A stretch of DNA of 64,000 nucleotides from Sarea resinae (taxonomy: Eukaryota): positions 248,001 to 312,000 of the forward strand of contig JAPEUD010000013.1 of the NCBI GenBank assembly GCA_026026165.1, given 5' to 3'. The position numbers were made by a program, and so were the translations under genes. Of this stretch, positions 26,081 through 40,589 are shown piece by piece. A model generated the notes under the pieces. It worked only from the letters and a program-made list of their open reading frames with translations. It made no database searches and had not been told where the DNA came from. How positions within the stretch are numbered: the stretch's first letter is position 1; each line of letters opens with the position of its first letter.

Positions 26081-26959
26081 TCAATCCAACCCTGGCGCCA
26101 ACGCCACAAGACTGAACCGCAATTCTCCTCCGCCAGCCTCTTCCTCTCTCTTCAAAAACCCCCTGACGCCCATCTCCAGAGCAGGCTCGCTCAGCACATC
26201 TTCCTCCGGCGCCAACTCGCCGCGATCCAGCGGGCCCTTGCGCCGTCCGTCGAGCTCCCAGAGGTGATTGTTGGATGATTTGACGAAGCAGACGTAGTGC
26301 AGGTCGACCTCGTCCGAGGCTGAAGGCGCAGTCGTGTCGCCTTGAGTGGCCGCGGTCGCGTGGGCGCGCTCGAGGAGCGGGGAGTTGTAGAGGACGTCGG
26401 CGCGAGGGCCGGGAGCCAAGGGTGTCGCTTCTTTCAGGAGTGCTGCGAGGCCGGACGAAGGATCTATTTTCATGAGTGAGTTGAGTAGTGTGCAGCTTTA
26501 CGATATCATTGCAGGGTCCTAGGCAATAGAATGGCCGGCAGGGCGACACAGGACAAGACATGACCAAACGAAAAACCAAAAGAGACAGCAAAACCTACCG
26601 ATTTGGTTCCTAGCCTCCCCGTTTGCAACCGCGTGCAACAGCCCGATCAACCCGCAAGCGTTCCGTATCGTCTGCTTGAACCACATGACTTCCTCTCCCT
26701 CCCCTTTCCCCTCGTATTCGGGCTTGGATGCATCTTCGTTCCGACGGAATGTCTCATAGGTAGTGCTGACAGGGAAGACGAGGAGGAGTGCAAGGGCGGG
26801 TCTGGGAACAAAAGAGAGTAGATCTGGATCGGAGATGCTGTAGACGTCGTGGAAGGCGAGGGTGGGGGAGAGACCTAGCGTGTGGACCAGCGTGCTCATC
26901 ACCGCCGGGTTGTTCTCGAGGGGCACGAATGCTTTGCGAGCCGCTGAGGGATCGGCCAT
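26081..26959 (-). CDS. YUH1: Ubiquitin C-terminal hydrolase (UCH-L3 type, peptidase C12), 2 exons
   Basis: FVPLENNP, FHDVYSI, WFKQTIRNACGLIGLLHA (catalytic Cys), LHYVCFV (His), WELDGRRKGP (Asp). Confidence 0.93.
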
Positions 26960-27302
26960 CTTGAGGGAAGAGGCCTGCGAAATATTGGTTCGTTCCTATT
27001 GTGTTTCTTCCGTTGGACGATGCAGCTCAGTGGGAAGCTAAAGGTGGGATGGGTATGGCGTAGTGGTGGGGCAACATTGATATACTACGTAGTACTCCGT
27101 AAGCTGGCGACCCGTGTACGAAGACGAAAGTACCTCGCGCTGGGATGGGCGATCTGGTCCCTCGGTCTGGAATCTGGGGTAAACTTTTCGAGAACAACTC
27201 TAAATTTCGGCGCAGAGACTACATCCAGCACCCACCTCGACCTCGACCACCGGTGCCAATCCTCAATCAACTCTACGGGCGCACTTCGAAACCCTCGTCA
27301 TC

Positions 27303-28656
27303 ATGTCTTGTAAGTCGCCCACATCCCAGATTGCCGGCCCTCACGTCAGGTCTACCCATTCCTCGAGCGAAACATCCACTTTCCGATCAAAGCATTCCCA
27401 GACGCACCCGCAACTTCATGCTCGCGCTAACACATCTTCTCTCCTCAACAGCCTCCGATGACGAAGACGACCCCGTCGTCCGCACCTACGATGTCTTCAT
27501 CACGCCCGAAATGTCGGAACAGCTCTTCGTGCTCCAATACCCCAATCGGGCGGCGGACTCCCCATACTGCGAGGCCAACCACGCCAAGCCCCTCGAACTA
27601 CGGATGAAACCCCGCTCCGGCCATGTGGAACTCGACGTGCCCATGAACATCCGCGCGAATTATGATAAGATCAAGGGGATCGAATGGGGTGAGGCGGTCC
27701 GCAAGGTCCATGCTGAGAGGAGTGGAGGCTCGTTTGGGTTTGCCGGTGGCTTTGGATCTGGCGGAGGTGGAGGCGGAGCACAGGCTGGGAGGAGAGGAGC
27801 GGGGGCCAAAAACAATAGTAATGGTAGCGGTGCTGGAGCTGGAGTTGGAGCAGGCGCAGGCGACGAGATATCGCAAGAAGCCATCCTGGCCAACTTTGAA
27901 GACGCAAGCAACAAAGGCCACGTACTCAACAAGCAAACTCTAGGCGGTCAGATCGTCCCCGTCGAAGACGGCGACCCGATCTACATGATTGGTGCTTTTC
28001 GCGGTGGTACGTCTATCCTCGTTCCCGTCCACCCAGCCCAGACGAAAGCCCTTGAGAACCCCCCATACCCTTCGGCATCACCAGCTAACTTGACTCTCAA
28101 CAGACCAGCTCCACCTGACGCCCACCTCGCACATCCTACAGATGCGCCCGCAATTCCACCACCTCGACGCAACCGTCGAGCACGAACGCTCCCTCACACG
28201 ATCCCAGCGCGACGCCGCCAACCCGCCCCGCACCACCGAAGCGCGGCTCGTGCAGATGACGGTCAAGTCCTCAGACGGCGACGACATCGACATGGGCGAG
28301 ACGAGTCGACTGCTGCGTGCCGCGCTCGAGGAGAGTTGGCAGAAGATGACGTATTACGACGAGGATGTATGCATTTCCCCTCTCTCCCCCCCACCTTTGC
28401 TCTTATCCCCCTACTCTTTACCCCCCCTTAAAACAAACCTCCCTAACCAAAACCCCTTTCCCTTCCACCTTCCAGTCCCCAGACAGCTGGACAACGTACC
28501 ACGACAAGCTCTTCCTGCACAGCGCCGACGACGCGCCCCTGCTCGAGTCGAACATGAGCAACGACGCCTACCTAGACGCCATCAGCGCGCCCCGCGTCGA
28601 CCCCGCGCATCCGGATCGCGTGCCGCGGTTCTCGAAGCTCGAGGAAGATGATGACA

Positions 28657-28688
<32 letters not shown>

Positions 28689-28841
28689 GAGAAAGAGATG
28701 GAGGCCGAGGAAAAGGGCGAGGGCGAGGCTGGTCACGCCGACGATGACGGCGCACACGCCGCGGGGATTAGGCGTACTGGTGCTGGTGATGATGGTGGCG
28801 CGGCGTTTGCGGACAGCGAAGACGTGCAGATGGTGGACTAA
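27303..28841 (+). CDS. RPC37: RNA polymerase III subunit C37/RPC5 (Sin-like domain), 4 exons
   Basis: DDEDDPVVRTYDVFI..LFVLQYPNR..ELRMKP..VELDVP; YMIGAFRG|DQLHLTP..ILQMRPQFHHLD; EESW. Confidence 0.85.
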
Positions 28842-28938
28842 ATCCGCGGGAGATCTCTCTTCGATATCTGCAGGGTAGATCTTCCCCTGTTTCCATCTCA
28901 TCCTCTCCTCCCATCCTTCTTCCCGTCCTTCTCCTTTC

Positions 28939-29214
28939 CCATCCATCCATCCATCCATCCATCCATCCATCCATCTCCCACCCAACACATCACGCAACAT
29001 CCCCCCCTCCTCCCTTCTCTCTTCTCTCTTCTCCCTTCTCTATTCTCCCTTTGCCTTCCTCCTAACCCCACCCTCAAATTCCCAAATTCCCAAATCTATC
29101 TATACCTACCTGTCTACCTACCTGTCTACCTACCTGTCTACCTACCTATCTACCTATCTATCTATCTATCTCATCAAACCCAGGCCAACAGAAAACAAAC
29201 CCCCCCCCCCCCCC
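28939..29214. repeat. Simple-repeat cluster: (CCAT)n, (CTACCTGTCTAC)n/(CTAT)n and poly-C
   Basis: Directly visible between the convergent RPC37 and epimerase genes. Confidence 0.9.
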
Positions 29215-29741
29215 ACCAAAGGTTCCATTTCCACCATTTTCACTACACTGCACTACACTACACTACAAGATTCTCATGTACATATACATACTATACAGAC
29301 ACATATCTAAGAGGAGTTTGTCGGTCGGCTTTGGTTTGCCCGCGTTCGAGCCGAAATAGCTTCCTGCAAGAGAGAGAGAGAGATTCAATTTTTTCCCGAG
29401 GTCAAGAAGAAGAAAGGAAAACAGAGAGAATGACGTGGAATACGGGTCCGGTATCATCAAGGGAGAAGGGGAACCTCTCTGTCGTGGTAAATAGCTCGAT
29501 GCCTGCTGACATCATGGCTGGGCTGCAAGATGGCTGATGCTATCATTTATGGCTATGGAAGACAGTAACATTCTAGGATAGTATGATTGGGAAAAGAAAA
29601 AAAGTTCCGCCAACACTTTTGATTCCTCCCAAGATGGCGAGTTGCGAACTTCGGCACGTATTGGCACCCACCACCATCCGTCTATTTAAAAATTCATCAT
29701 TATCGTCAGTGCTACAAATCAGAATCCCTCACAATGGAATT

Positions 29742-31061
<1,320 letters not shown>

Positions 31062-32849
31062 TGTTGATTATCTGGATGGTATGAAGGGAATGAGATTGAT
31101 TTGATTGCTGGGTTCTTGGGCAGTCCGAGAGAATTGTAAAGAGATGGAGGAGGGTCGAGGTCGAGGTCGAGGTGATAGTATTAGTATTAGTAGTAGCAGC
31201 TCCTCGATGTTGGTGTTGGCGGGGCCAGTGCAATGGAGTTGACAGCGACCAGGGCAGGTACCGGCCACACCTCACCCCTCCATCGTCTGCGCCATTTCTC
31301 TCGCATCGCGTACCTCAGGTACCTCGCTCAGTCTTCCGCAACGGGCATAGAGAGGCAAACAGGACGCAGACATTTCGATTTCGACCCTCACGAGATTCAA
31401 ATGGGGGCGCTGCGCTGGTCGCGATGACGATGATTACAAAAATACCCACAACGATCTTGCCGTCGCCGTGAGGAGAGAGAAGATGGCACATGAGATATCT
31501 CGGAAATACAATGGATGTGCGAGGAGTACTGAAGTACTTCGACTTCGACAGAGAAATATCGGAAGTGGAAACATCTCCTGACGATCATTAGATAATTCTC
31601 CCCCCGCCGCCCACCGTCATCCTTCGCTCCACGTGCGGCGTCTCATGGAAAAGCTGCAGGTGCAGGTGGATTGCAGTCCTGCAAATGGATACGAGTACGA
31701 CGTCTCCCTTGGGTTCGCCCGCCATACGTATAAGAATGAAGACTTTCATGAGGGTTCATCTTGGATCGGGTTCTCTCTCTGCCTTTCTCATCGAGTCATC
31801 GTGGGCAGATGTGATCATGACTATCATGTACCTTATGCAGTAGTATCATGACAGCACTTCCAGAGCCATCTGACGAGGAGTCTGATTGTGCAAATGAGGC
31901 GTTGACTTCCATGGCCTGTCTGTCTGTCTGCCTGCACAGTGACGAGCTGCTGCGGCTGCGACACCCAATAGGACCTGCTCGGTCGTGTATGCTGCTGCGG
32001 GCTCGACCAGACCCTGGATGACTCGAGGTGCGGCTCTGCGGCTCTGCGGCTCTGCGGCTTTGTTGTGGCTGGTACCGACGGCAGGCACGTCGTGTCGTGT
32101 CCGGTCGAGTCGCGAATGCGTGCAGGGTAGTCAGACTTCCAATCGCAGAAAAACAAAGAAATCGTAGCTCGAGGGTGCATTTCCCCCGCGAGTCTTCACC
32201 ACCAGGACGCTGCACCCACAAGATTCGGGCTGGACAATGAGAGCGACACATGAAGCTTTCGACGCTTGAAGATTGTATTTACTCTTTGGCGCACACAGGA
32301 CAAAGAGCCGTCTTAGCCTTACCTTATATGTCCGCCTTCACCATCGCGGTCTCTGCGACCTGCAGCCACGACTGTCTGTACCCGCCCGCGCCACGAAGAA
32401 AACCTAAAGCTTATCTACGCATGGCCCTGCGGTGACAAGACGTATGGGTGGAAAGATCAAAGCTGTACGGGTCGGAACAAGTGAATACCTGGGTGTCCAG
32501 AAAGGGCAGTCGCTGTCAGTAGCTGCTAGGCCTATTGAACCATCAATTGCTTCACTGGATGGCAGCAGCCAAGGACAATAAACAAGGACACAATAAGGAC
32601 TCGTTGACTACCCTATAGTCAGGAGCACGCTCGTCTACTGAGGAAAGGTAGATAAAGGACACTCGATCAATACCTTCCTCGAAACCCTCTGATGCTTGCT
32701 TTCTTCTTCGAATCCTCACCATAAATCTCATCGCATACTACGAACTCTCGACTGCTCTTGCCGTTTCCTTTGAAGAACCTGGACTCTACTCGCCCCTCAT
32801 CAATCTTCTCTCGGACCATTGCAAGTTCTAACACTAGTTGTCATAGCAG

Positions 32850-32951
32850 GTAAGAAGCCCACACCGCGTGTTGTACTTGCTGTTTTCGCTATTTTCGAAC
32901 CGCGTTTTGCGTGTCGTGAACATCTAAATGAGCTAACGTGCCTGGCCTCAG
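32850..32951 (+). other. Probable 5'-UTR intron of the SUN-domain gene
   Basis: CAG|GTAAGA donor, GCTAAC branch site, CTCAG acceptor; lies upstream of the ATG, with an in-frame stop at 33026-33028. Confidence 0.55.
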
Positions 32952-33115
32952 CTTCCCTCTACCCTCCCGTTTCCCGATTCCTACTCGAACACGCTTCGGA
33001 CCGTGGACTCGTTCATCTATCTCGGTGATCATTTCACGCTGCTTTCATGTTCAGCACTACGCCTCCGCCATCACAACCTCTTTGCGTATCCGATTTAGAC
33101 TCTCAAGTATCTGCA

Positions 33116-35286
33116 ATGTCTGCTCCTCGCCGCTCAACGAGGGTGGCGACCCGCGCTTCAAGCCAGGCGGAGACTCCTGCCAGAAAGACTCCGCGCAAGA
33201 CGCGATCCACGTTTGGAACGCCAGCGCCGGCCGCACTGCCGGCCTTACAAACGCGGGAGTCCTTTGCATATGGCTCCCCTGCCATGCCAGCGATGCCGCG
33301 GGGGATGCTCGTTGGTGAGGGAGGGAAGGGGATCGCCGAAGTCCTCGAAGTCGGCGTTCGAGCCGCCGTGGAGAGAGATCGTGCGCGTGGAGATACTCCT
33401 ACGGGAGAAGAAAATGGAACCGGGCGAAGGAGCCCAAGCGTTCAGAGCGCCGCCTCGACGAGCTGTGAGTCTGATCCTCTTTAAACCTAAGCGCAATCTA
33501 ATATATCGCAGTCAGCCACAATACGCGTAGTCGCGCTCGAGTGAGGCTTTCGGAGACCATCGAAGAAGATGGAGCCCCGACTCCGAATGCAAAACAGCCC
33601 TCGAAAACATCGAGCACGTCTGTGACGCGCCAAAATATCTCAAAGAGCTTCAATGCAGAGAGGAGCCTTTTCGGACACATTGACACAGATTCAACTGTGC
33701 CCGAGTTGCAATTGCCATCAGAAGAGAATGGTGATCAACTGTCGGAAGGAAATGGTATTCAACCATCCGAAGAGAATGATGATCATGCTTCAGAAGGAAT
33801 CATTGATCACGCATCGCATGCCATCCGCTTAGCACCTCACAATCATCCCTACAATCCTCTCCATCACCTTCCAACCTTACCACGCGTGTCTCGTCGCGCT
33901 CTGCTCACATACACCTCTATTGTCGCGTTGATCGGCTTCCTTGCTTACTCTATCTACACGGGTTCTGACTTCGGTCTTCTTGGTGTCATCGGTTCTCTCT
34001 TCGGTGCTCTCGGTAGTTTTGTTCGAATGCTGGGTTCAGCCTTCAGCCGGCCGATGGCGAATCGCCCTAGCTCTTGGACAGCTTCACAGACTCCCGATTA
34101 CATCTACGCGCCTGACCTCGTTCAGCGAGTCTCTAGTCTGGAAGCGGACGTCGCACAACTGCAGAACAAATTTCATCTTCACGAGCAAAGTTTGGAAAAA
34201 CTGAAAGATCTACTTCCTGATGCGTTCCTTGTCCCTCTGAACAAAGCTACCGGTAGCCTTGAGATCCCCCTCGATTTCTGGAATGCTCTCAAAGAGAAGA
34301 TCCAGATCGAGTACGGCACGAAGAAGGGTAAGGGGAGCGTCTGGGATGCATTCCTGAAAAAGAACGATGCTCGGGTTCAACGTGCCTTGCATGATGAAAG
34401 TGCCTGGCAGGCCTCGCCCAACAACAACAACATCGTCACTAAAGAGTTCTTCATGAAGATGCTCGACGATAATTACAACAAGCTATCTGGAGAAATCCAA
34501 GACCTCACTCAGACCTACGACAAGCGACACCAAAGCCTCAAAGCCGACACGGACCGTTCAGCTTCAGCCATTGCTACAAGGGTAGCGACGGGATTACTAA
34601 AGAAGCACGTACCTGCGGTGCAACTTGAGGCAGCAGCACAGGCAAATCTTAATCGAAATTCACAAATCGCTCTCAAGAAAGTCAACTTCTTTTCGACTGG
34701 CCTTGGGGCTGTCGTCGTTCCATATCTCACATCTCCTACCAAATGGAAACCCTCTAGCCTTCTCCAACGTAGCACGTCGGAGCTGTTTGGACTGAAACGG
34801 CCAAATCCTCCGGTCGCAGCCTTGCAGTCTTGGGAAGAGACAGGCGACTGCTGGTGTACGCCCAACGAAAGAGCTCAGCTCGCAATCCTTCTTCCGCAGA
34901 AGATTTATCCTTCTGAAATTACAATCGAACATATTCCGGCTGCGGCTACTCTTGATATCGAATCCGCGCCCAAAGATATGGAGCTTTGGGTAGAGATTAA
35001 AGACGACGAGGCTCGAGAGACTGTTGGTCGGACTCAGGACCAGCTCTTGGGAGTCCCAGAGATGCCAAAGGCTGCTCTCGATGATAATTTTGTTCGAGTC
35101 GGTCTGTGGCAATATGATATTCATGCCTTGGATCACGTCCAGACCTTTACCATCGACGTCAATCTTGAGAACCTTGGCGTTCCAATCGAGCAAGTAGTCG
35201 TCCGCGCAAAGAATAATTGGGGGGGCAAGGACTACACGTGTTTGTATCGCGTTCGTCTACATGGCAAGAGAGCCGTGGCGGCCTGA
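33116..35286 (+). CDS. SUN-domain nuclear envelope / spindle-pole-body protein (Sad1/Mps3-like)
   Basis: Basic N-terminus, TM segment (LLTYTSIVALIGFLAYSIY), coiled coil, C-terminal SUN domain VNFFSTGLGAVV..W.ETGDCWC..ITIEHIP..SAPKDMELW..NNWG..YTCLYRVRLHG; intron about 33465-33511; alternative ATG at 33047. Confidence 0.92.
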
Positions 35287-36677
35287 TCGCGAGATAGTGA
35301 TTCCGATGAACATGGTCAGTGTTTTGAAAGCGAAAATTAGCGTTATGTTCTTTTCCAACGATATTGTATCCCCATCCTGATTAGTCCTCGTCCGATTCCG
35401 TGTCGTTTACACTTTTCAGCGCAGCATTATCTGGGCAAAATTGGGAGGTTTTATATTGTCTGGCCTTTTCAGATTGGCGATTGCAGGCACTGGTGGCTAT
35501 ACCCGGCGTCGGTTTTTGGCCTTTGGGGACAGGCATCCAGTCGATTACGTCTGGTCACGACAGCACGATTCTTGTTTGTTTGTTTGTTGAAGATAAGTCC
35601 ATTATCGTTGTCTGCTGTTCAGGATCAGTGGGCATGACTGTTGTTGGCTGTTGCATTGGCTATGGCTAAGGTAGAGCCTGCATGAGTGTCCTGACCATCA
35701 GCTTTGGGTCTTCAGCTGTAGCATAGTACTCCGAGTAGATTAATCCATCAATGATCCTCTCCTCTTCATGCCGTCGCCATGGCCCATGTCGTGAAACGTA
35801 AGGGAAGATCTTAGGCCGATGAGGCTCATGCAGCCATGGACCTCGGTGGAGCGGATAGAGTGACAAGATCTCCCTCCCCGCGCACAATGCACTTGTCTCT
35901 CTAGCTACTCGCATCGATGATTACTATCCCGGGTGGCCACTGCGTGCATGCTACTGCTCTCATCGCTATAACATCTTCATGTTATCGAGGTGGAAGGAAG
36001 TGGAAGAGTGGAAGGCATCTGATGGATGATGGATCACCTATTAGTAATCATAGATGCTCGCTCCAGCTCGCTCCGACCCCGGCCACTACTGCAACACTAA
36101 GTGACTGCTCCATGTGCCTGATGCCCTAATCGATCTAGTCGCCGAATTAGCTAAAAGTCCCCTGATTCTCTCCATCCCCTCCGGACCATTTCCCCGCACG
36201 ATCGAACGGCCCACCGTCTGCAAAGGCCCTCTCTCCCCTCTCCCCTTTCTCCCCACATCTTTACCCATCCCACCCCGACTACCTCGACTAAACCGAGCCT
36301 GGTCTGACCACTCCGCCTGCTCGGCCTCCTCCGTGCATTCCCGTACAGCTGCAATCAGGTTATCATGCTCTCGAGTCAGACCGAGTCTGCTCGATCCAGC
36401 CTCCTCCACATGAACGGACAAGCCTGCCCGTCCAATGAGCGGAAAATGAATTCGCCGCTTGGCTAATACTGCCGTGGACGCTCGACACGAGGCCCTCACA
36501 GCCGCCGTCATAGCATCACTGACCAGCATCCACACACTAATCGGCAACTCGTGATGGTCCAGCCCTCGGGTTCAGTCGGCACCCAGATCCCGGACTCGCG
36601 CGCTTGACTTCTACTCGGAGTCCTTTATAGATGCGCAGAGGCCCAAGTTTGGTTTCGACGCCCCCAAGAATCCCACA

Positions 36678-38043
36678 ATGCAGTCGATATCCGCTCTGAC
36701 AGCCCCGTTACGGCGGTCCTTCTTCCAGGCTACTTCGGTAGCCGCACGAAGGCAATTCTCCTCCAGAGGACCCAATCAAGCATCATGGGGTTTCATCGGC
36801 CTGGGCCAGATGGGTAAGTCGATTCGATGCAGTATCCCTGCCAAGGGGCGATCCATCGTACTGCCTAGGTATGCCGGACAATCGATCATGACGTACTGAC
36901 ATGCTTGGCAGGCTTCAACATGGCCAAGAACCTTCGTGCCAAGATTCCAGCAGAAGACACCTTGACTATCTACGATCTCAACGCAGACACTACGTCCCGC
37001 TTTGTGAAAGAGGTGGGCATTGCGGCATCGAGCGCAGGCGTTTCCGGTAAAGGCACGGCTATCGAGGTCGCCGAATCGCCTCGCGAGGTGGCTGAGAAAT
37101 CCGTAAGTGATGCACTGGCCTTTCATCACCGCCCACCTTTCCTTATGATGAGCATGTCCAACGAATGATCTAAGTTGGGGGTTGCCTCGTGTGACCCTTC
37201 AATCTGATTCTACAAATTTACATCAAAGCCAATCCTCTGAACCCGGAATCCATTTCTATATGCTACTGAACGTCTCGATGCAAGCGAAATGGGCGCTGAC
37301 GTTACTCTTGCTAGGAAACCATCATTACCGTCCTGCCCGAGTCCTCGCACGTCAAAAGCGCCTTCTGGTCCATACTCGAACATGAGCTACCGACGGAGGG
37401 ACTATCGGAAGACCGGCTTTTCATCGACTGCTCTACCATCGACCCGGCATCATCCCGCGAAGTTGCCAATGCGGTTCACTCTGCCAGCAGGGGCAAATTC
37501 GTCGACGCGCCCATGTCCGGCGGCGTCGTTGGCGCCAAGGCTGGAACATTGACGTTCATGCTCGGAGCGCCCGAATGTCTGATTGATCGCGTGAACCCTG
37601 TTCTTTCGCTCATGGGCAGCCGTATTCTCCACCTGGGCCCTCAGGGCGCCGGCCTTTCCGGAAAGCTCGCCAACAATTACCTTCTGGCCCTCACCAACAT
37701 CGCCACGGCCGAGGCCATGAACCTGGGCATCAAATTAGGCCTGGAGCCCAAAGCCCTGGGCGCCATGATCAACGTCTGCACGGGCCGATCCTGGTCCAGC
37801 GAGGTCAACAACCCGGTGCCCGGCGTGCTCGAAGGATCGCCCGCGTCGCGCGGATACGAGGGCGGCTTCGGGGTCAGTCTCATGAAGAAGGATCTCAACC
37901 TGGCCATTGCCGCCGCCGCGGAAGCGGACGTGCGGCTGGAACTCGCCGAAGTCGCGCGCTTGGTCTACGAGGCCGTCGAAAAGGACGAGCAGTGCAAGGG
38001 CAAGGACTTTTCCGTGGTCTATCGCTATCTCGGCGGGGCTTGA
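36678..38043 (+). CDS. 3-hydroxyisobutyrate dehydrogenase, mitochondrial (3 exons)
   Basis: Presequence, then WGFIGLGQMG|FNMAKNL, IDCSTIDP, FVDAPMSGGVVGAKAGTLTFM, KLANNY, GFGVSLMKKDL, KDFS. Confidence 0.93.
37140..37245 (+). ncRNA. Intronic box C/D snoRNA candidate
   Basis: Inside the about 210-nt intron 2 of the dehydrogenase: C box ATGATGA (37145-37151), internal CTGA (37204-37207), D box CTGA (37237-37240); AGCCAATCCT immediately 5' of the D box is antisense to conserved LSU rRNA AGGAUUGGCU; flanking TTCC...GGAA stem. Confidence 0.75.
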
Positions 38044-38497
38044 GGATCTTGAAATCCCTTTCTTTCATTGATTTTTCTTTTTCCTCCCCTTCCTTTTACG
38101 GTATGTCAAACCTGCATGAAACGGAGTTCTTTGCGGAGACGATGCATTAGTCCCCATGGTCAGTGAGGTCTCTATCGGCGTATTCGTTGCGTGCATCCCC
38201 TTTCGAGCAAAGCCATGTCATCATAGTCAGTTTACCTCGAGCATTTTGTGCAAATCACATTGAAAACATTTCTCAATGGCAAAACGTAGGAGAGTAGGAA
38301 TTACGTTGGATGACATGTCTGTCGTAAGAATTTCCTATAGAAGCCATTGAGACAAGAAAGACCGCCATCTAGGCCGCAACCTCTGTAGTGTAGACTCTCA
38401 GTGGAAGCGCAAAACTCCATTGCCCATTCGAGTCGGAAGGGACGGCTTGATCGACCAATCAATCATAGGAAGAGGAGATGCTCGCCCGTTCCTGGGA

Positions 38498-39822
38498 TCA
38501 TACCGCAAAGGTCGGAATGTCATCCACCGAGATGGCCTTCCTCTCCTGTTCTTCTTTGATCCGCGTCTTCTTGGCCTGCAGGGCCTTCCGTCGGGCTAGG
38601 CGCTGAACAGCGTCCTCGGAAAGGAGTGAGGCTTGAGGCAGAGGGAGGAGATCTTGGTCGTCGAGGTTAAGATCGCCCTTGTTTTCAGCGACAGGGTTTC
38701 GCCGGATGTGTGGCAGCTTGCTGTCTGGCCGAGCTGATGATACTCGCGCATCTGCGGGATGGTCATATCTTGAAGGAGATTTGTGAGAGAGAGTTTTCTG
38801 TCCGGGTTGATCGAAGGGAGGCTGGCGGCTGTCGATCCGGGGTCGCGGGCCTAGACGGTCCGAAGGAGAGGTAGGGTGCGTTGAGCTTCCTTTCGTCGGC
38901 TTCGAAGAGCTGGCATCTAAGTCGTCGTCGTCATCCCCAGAGGTCGTGGCGTCTTCAACAGGGTCGGCTGGCCTGGCATCTCTGGTTGGTTTTTGGGCTG
39001 TGAATGTGGAAGGCGCGGGTTCGTCTCTTGGATTTGTTCTGGACTTGGTGAAACCCGCCGCTGCTCGCGTGCTTGATTTGACCTCTGCCAGGCCGCGCAA
39101 GGACTTCTTCGATCGTCTAGGGCTGGTCATGAGACCGTGCAGAGTTGTGCCCACCCATGGATCGTCCTCTCGATCGTCTTCAGAGTCAGAACCAGGCCCC
39201 CTAGACTGGATCTTTGCCGAGCCGGACTTTAGATCACGAAGGACGTCCTTTTGCCCCTTGTGGGTGGCCGCTGCCGCTTTCTGTCTTTGCAGATCGTCGC
39301 TCATTTTGGTCTTTGTGTCGACTGGCCTGGCAATGGATTGGATTGTGGACGCGTTTTGCGCCTTGGCCAGGTTCTTCAGCCGCAGATATTCTGCATGGTG
39401 GAGGTGTTGCGTGAATTGTTTTGCAACGCTGAGAAGTTCATCCTCGACCATGATGTATCGGTCATCGTGTTGCGGACCTTCGATCATGAACCTGATCACC
39501 ACACTCGTCAGCCGTTGGCCTCGATCAGAGGCGAGGGCAGGTATCACTCTTCGTCTGGCGGGGCGGGCGGAGGAGATGTGGAGGGCGTTCGGGCTGTAAT
39601 CTAGTCAGACCTGAGGGTAACTCGGAGAGCGAACGAGGTAAGCTTGCCTGTTCTCGACCGGCCAATTCGTTTGGGACTGTATATCCGAGACGAGTCCGTG
39701 TCTTCATCGTCCAAGCTAGGGACATTGAGTTTCCGCTTCTTCAGTGGATGGTGATTGGCATTTCTGTCCGAAGACGAGGGTTTGGCTGGGCTTCCCGACA
39801 GCCATGGAAGTGTTCGAGTCAT
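38498..39822 (-). CDS. Hypothetical protein (3 exons)
   Basis: MTRTLPWL..|ARTPSTSPPPAPPDE|EFMIEGPQHDDRYIMVEDELLSVAKQFTQHLHHAEY..DDPWVGTTLHGLM..DDIPTFAV; introns 39647-39594 (GC-AG) and 39547-39492. Confidence 0.8.
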
Positions 39823-40451
39823 TTCGAGCTCGCTGTGTATCGTTCATGCGACTATCATGATTGAGTGGAGGTGTAGAAGAGACGGCTGATGGACTGGACA
39901 ATCAATGATTCAGGTATTATGGCCGTGAATTGATGGCTCAAGTGGAGGTGTAGTTGCGGTAGGACGGGAGGCATCGTGGGGTATGACGCGTGTGAAGTAC
40001 AGTCGCGTGGGCGGGCCCGTGGCTACTGAGGGGTACTTTGCTACTGTAACCTTCTTGCAGCGCCAGCCGGTACCTTTGGGTAGTCCGGTCCGGTCCACAG
40101 AGCCCTGGCGGTGATCTACAACGCGTATCTTGGCCCCACCATGCAGTCACTGCTCGCTCCCGTTGGGGAAGACTCACGCAAGAAGACACATCGCCATAGA
40201 AACGTGGAATCTCGTCGAATTTCATTGCATCGAGGACCAAGACAACACCAAATGGAATCCTCCCTGCCTTGACCGCGCACTGGAAGGCCATCGTTGAGGG
40301 AGACATCTTGCGCTTGAACCTCACAGGGACCCTCGTCAGTCTATATTGAACCCGGAGCGAGCCTTGGTGTTGCGCCCTCCACCACAGCGACGCCCTGTCG
40401 ACCCTGCTCTACTGCAACAAATTGATCCGAGACAGACTACCTAGTATCTTG

Positions 40452-40535
40452 ATGCTCCGAACATTGTCTGGTCGCCTCTGTCCAGACGTCGGAGCTATGT
40501 CTTGCTATCCGCGCCGTTGCATGTCATCTTTCTGA
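40452..40535 (+). promoter_or_regulatory. 27-codon upstream ORF before the eIF2-alpha kinase
   Basis: ATG CTC CGA...TTC TGA with three in-frame ATGs, ending 54 nt before the kinase ATG; whether it lies inside the transcript is unknown. Confidence 0.35.
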
Positions 40536-40589
40536 GCCTTCGTTGCCTACTATACCACACTCCTTCGAACGAATTGAGACTCATCCGTG

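Noticed and set aside
35400..36550. ORFs between the SUN gene and the dehydrogenase (35666-35914, 36086-36547, 36114-36413)
   Set aside because: No recognisable motif or coherent exon chain; an orphan gene or lncRNA cannot be excluded without expression data
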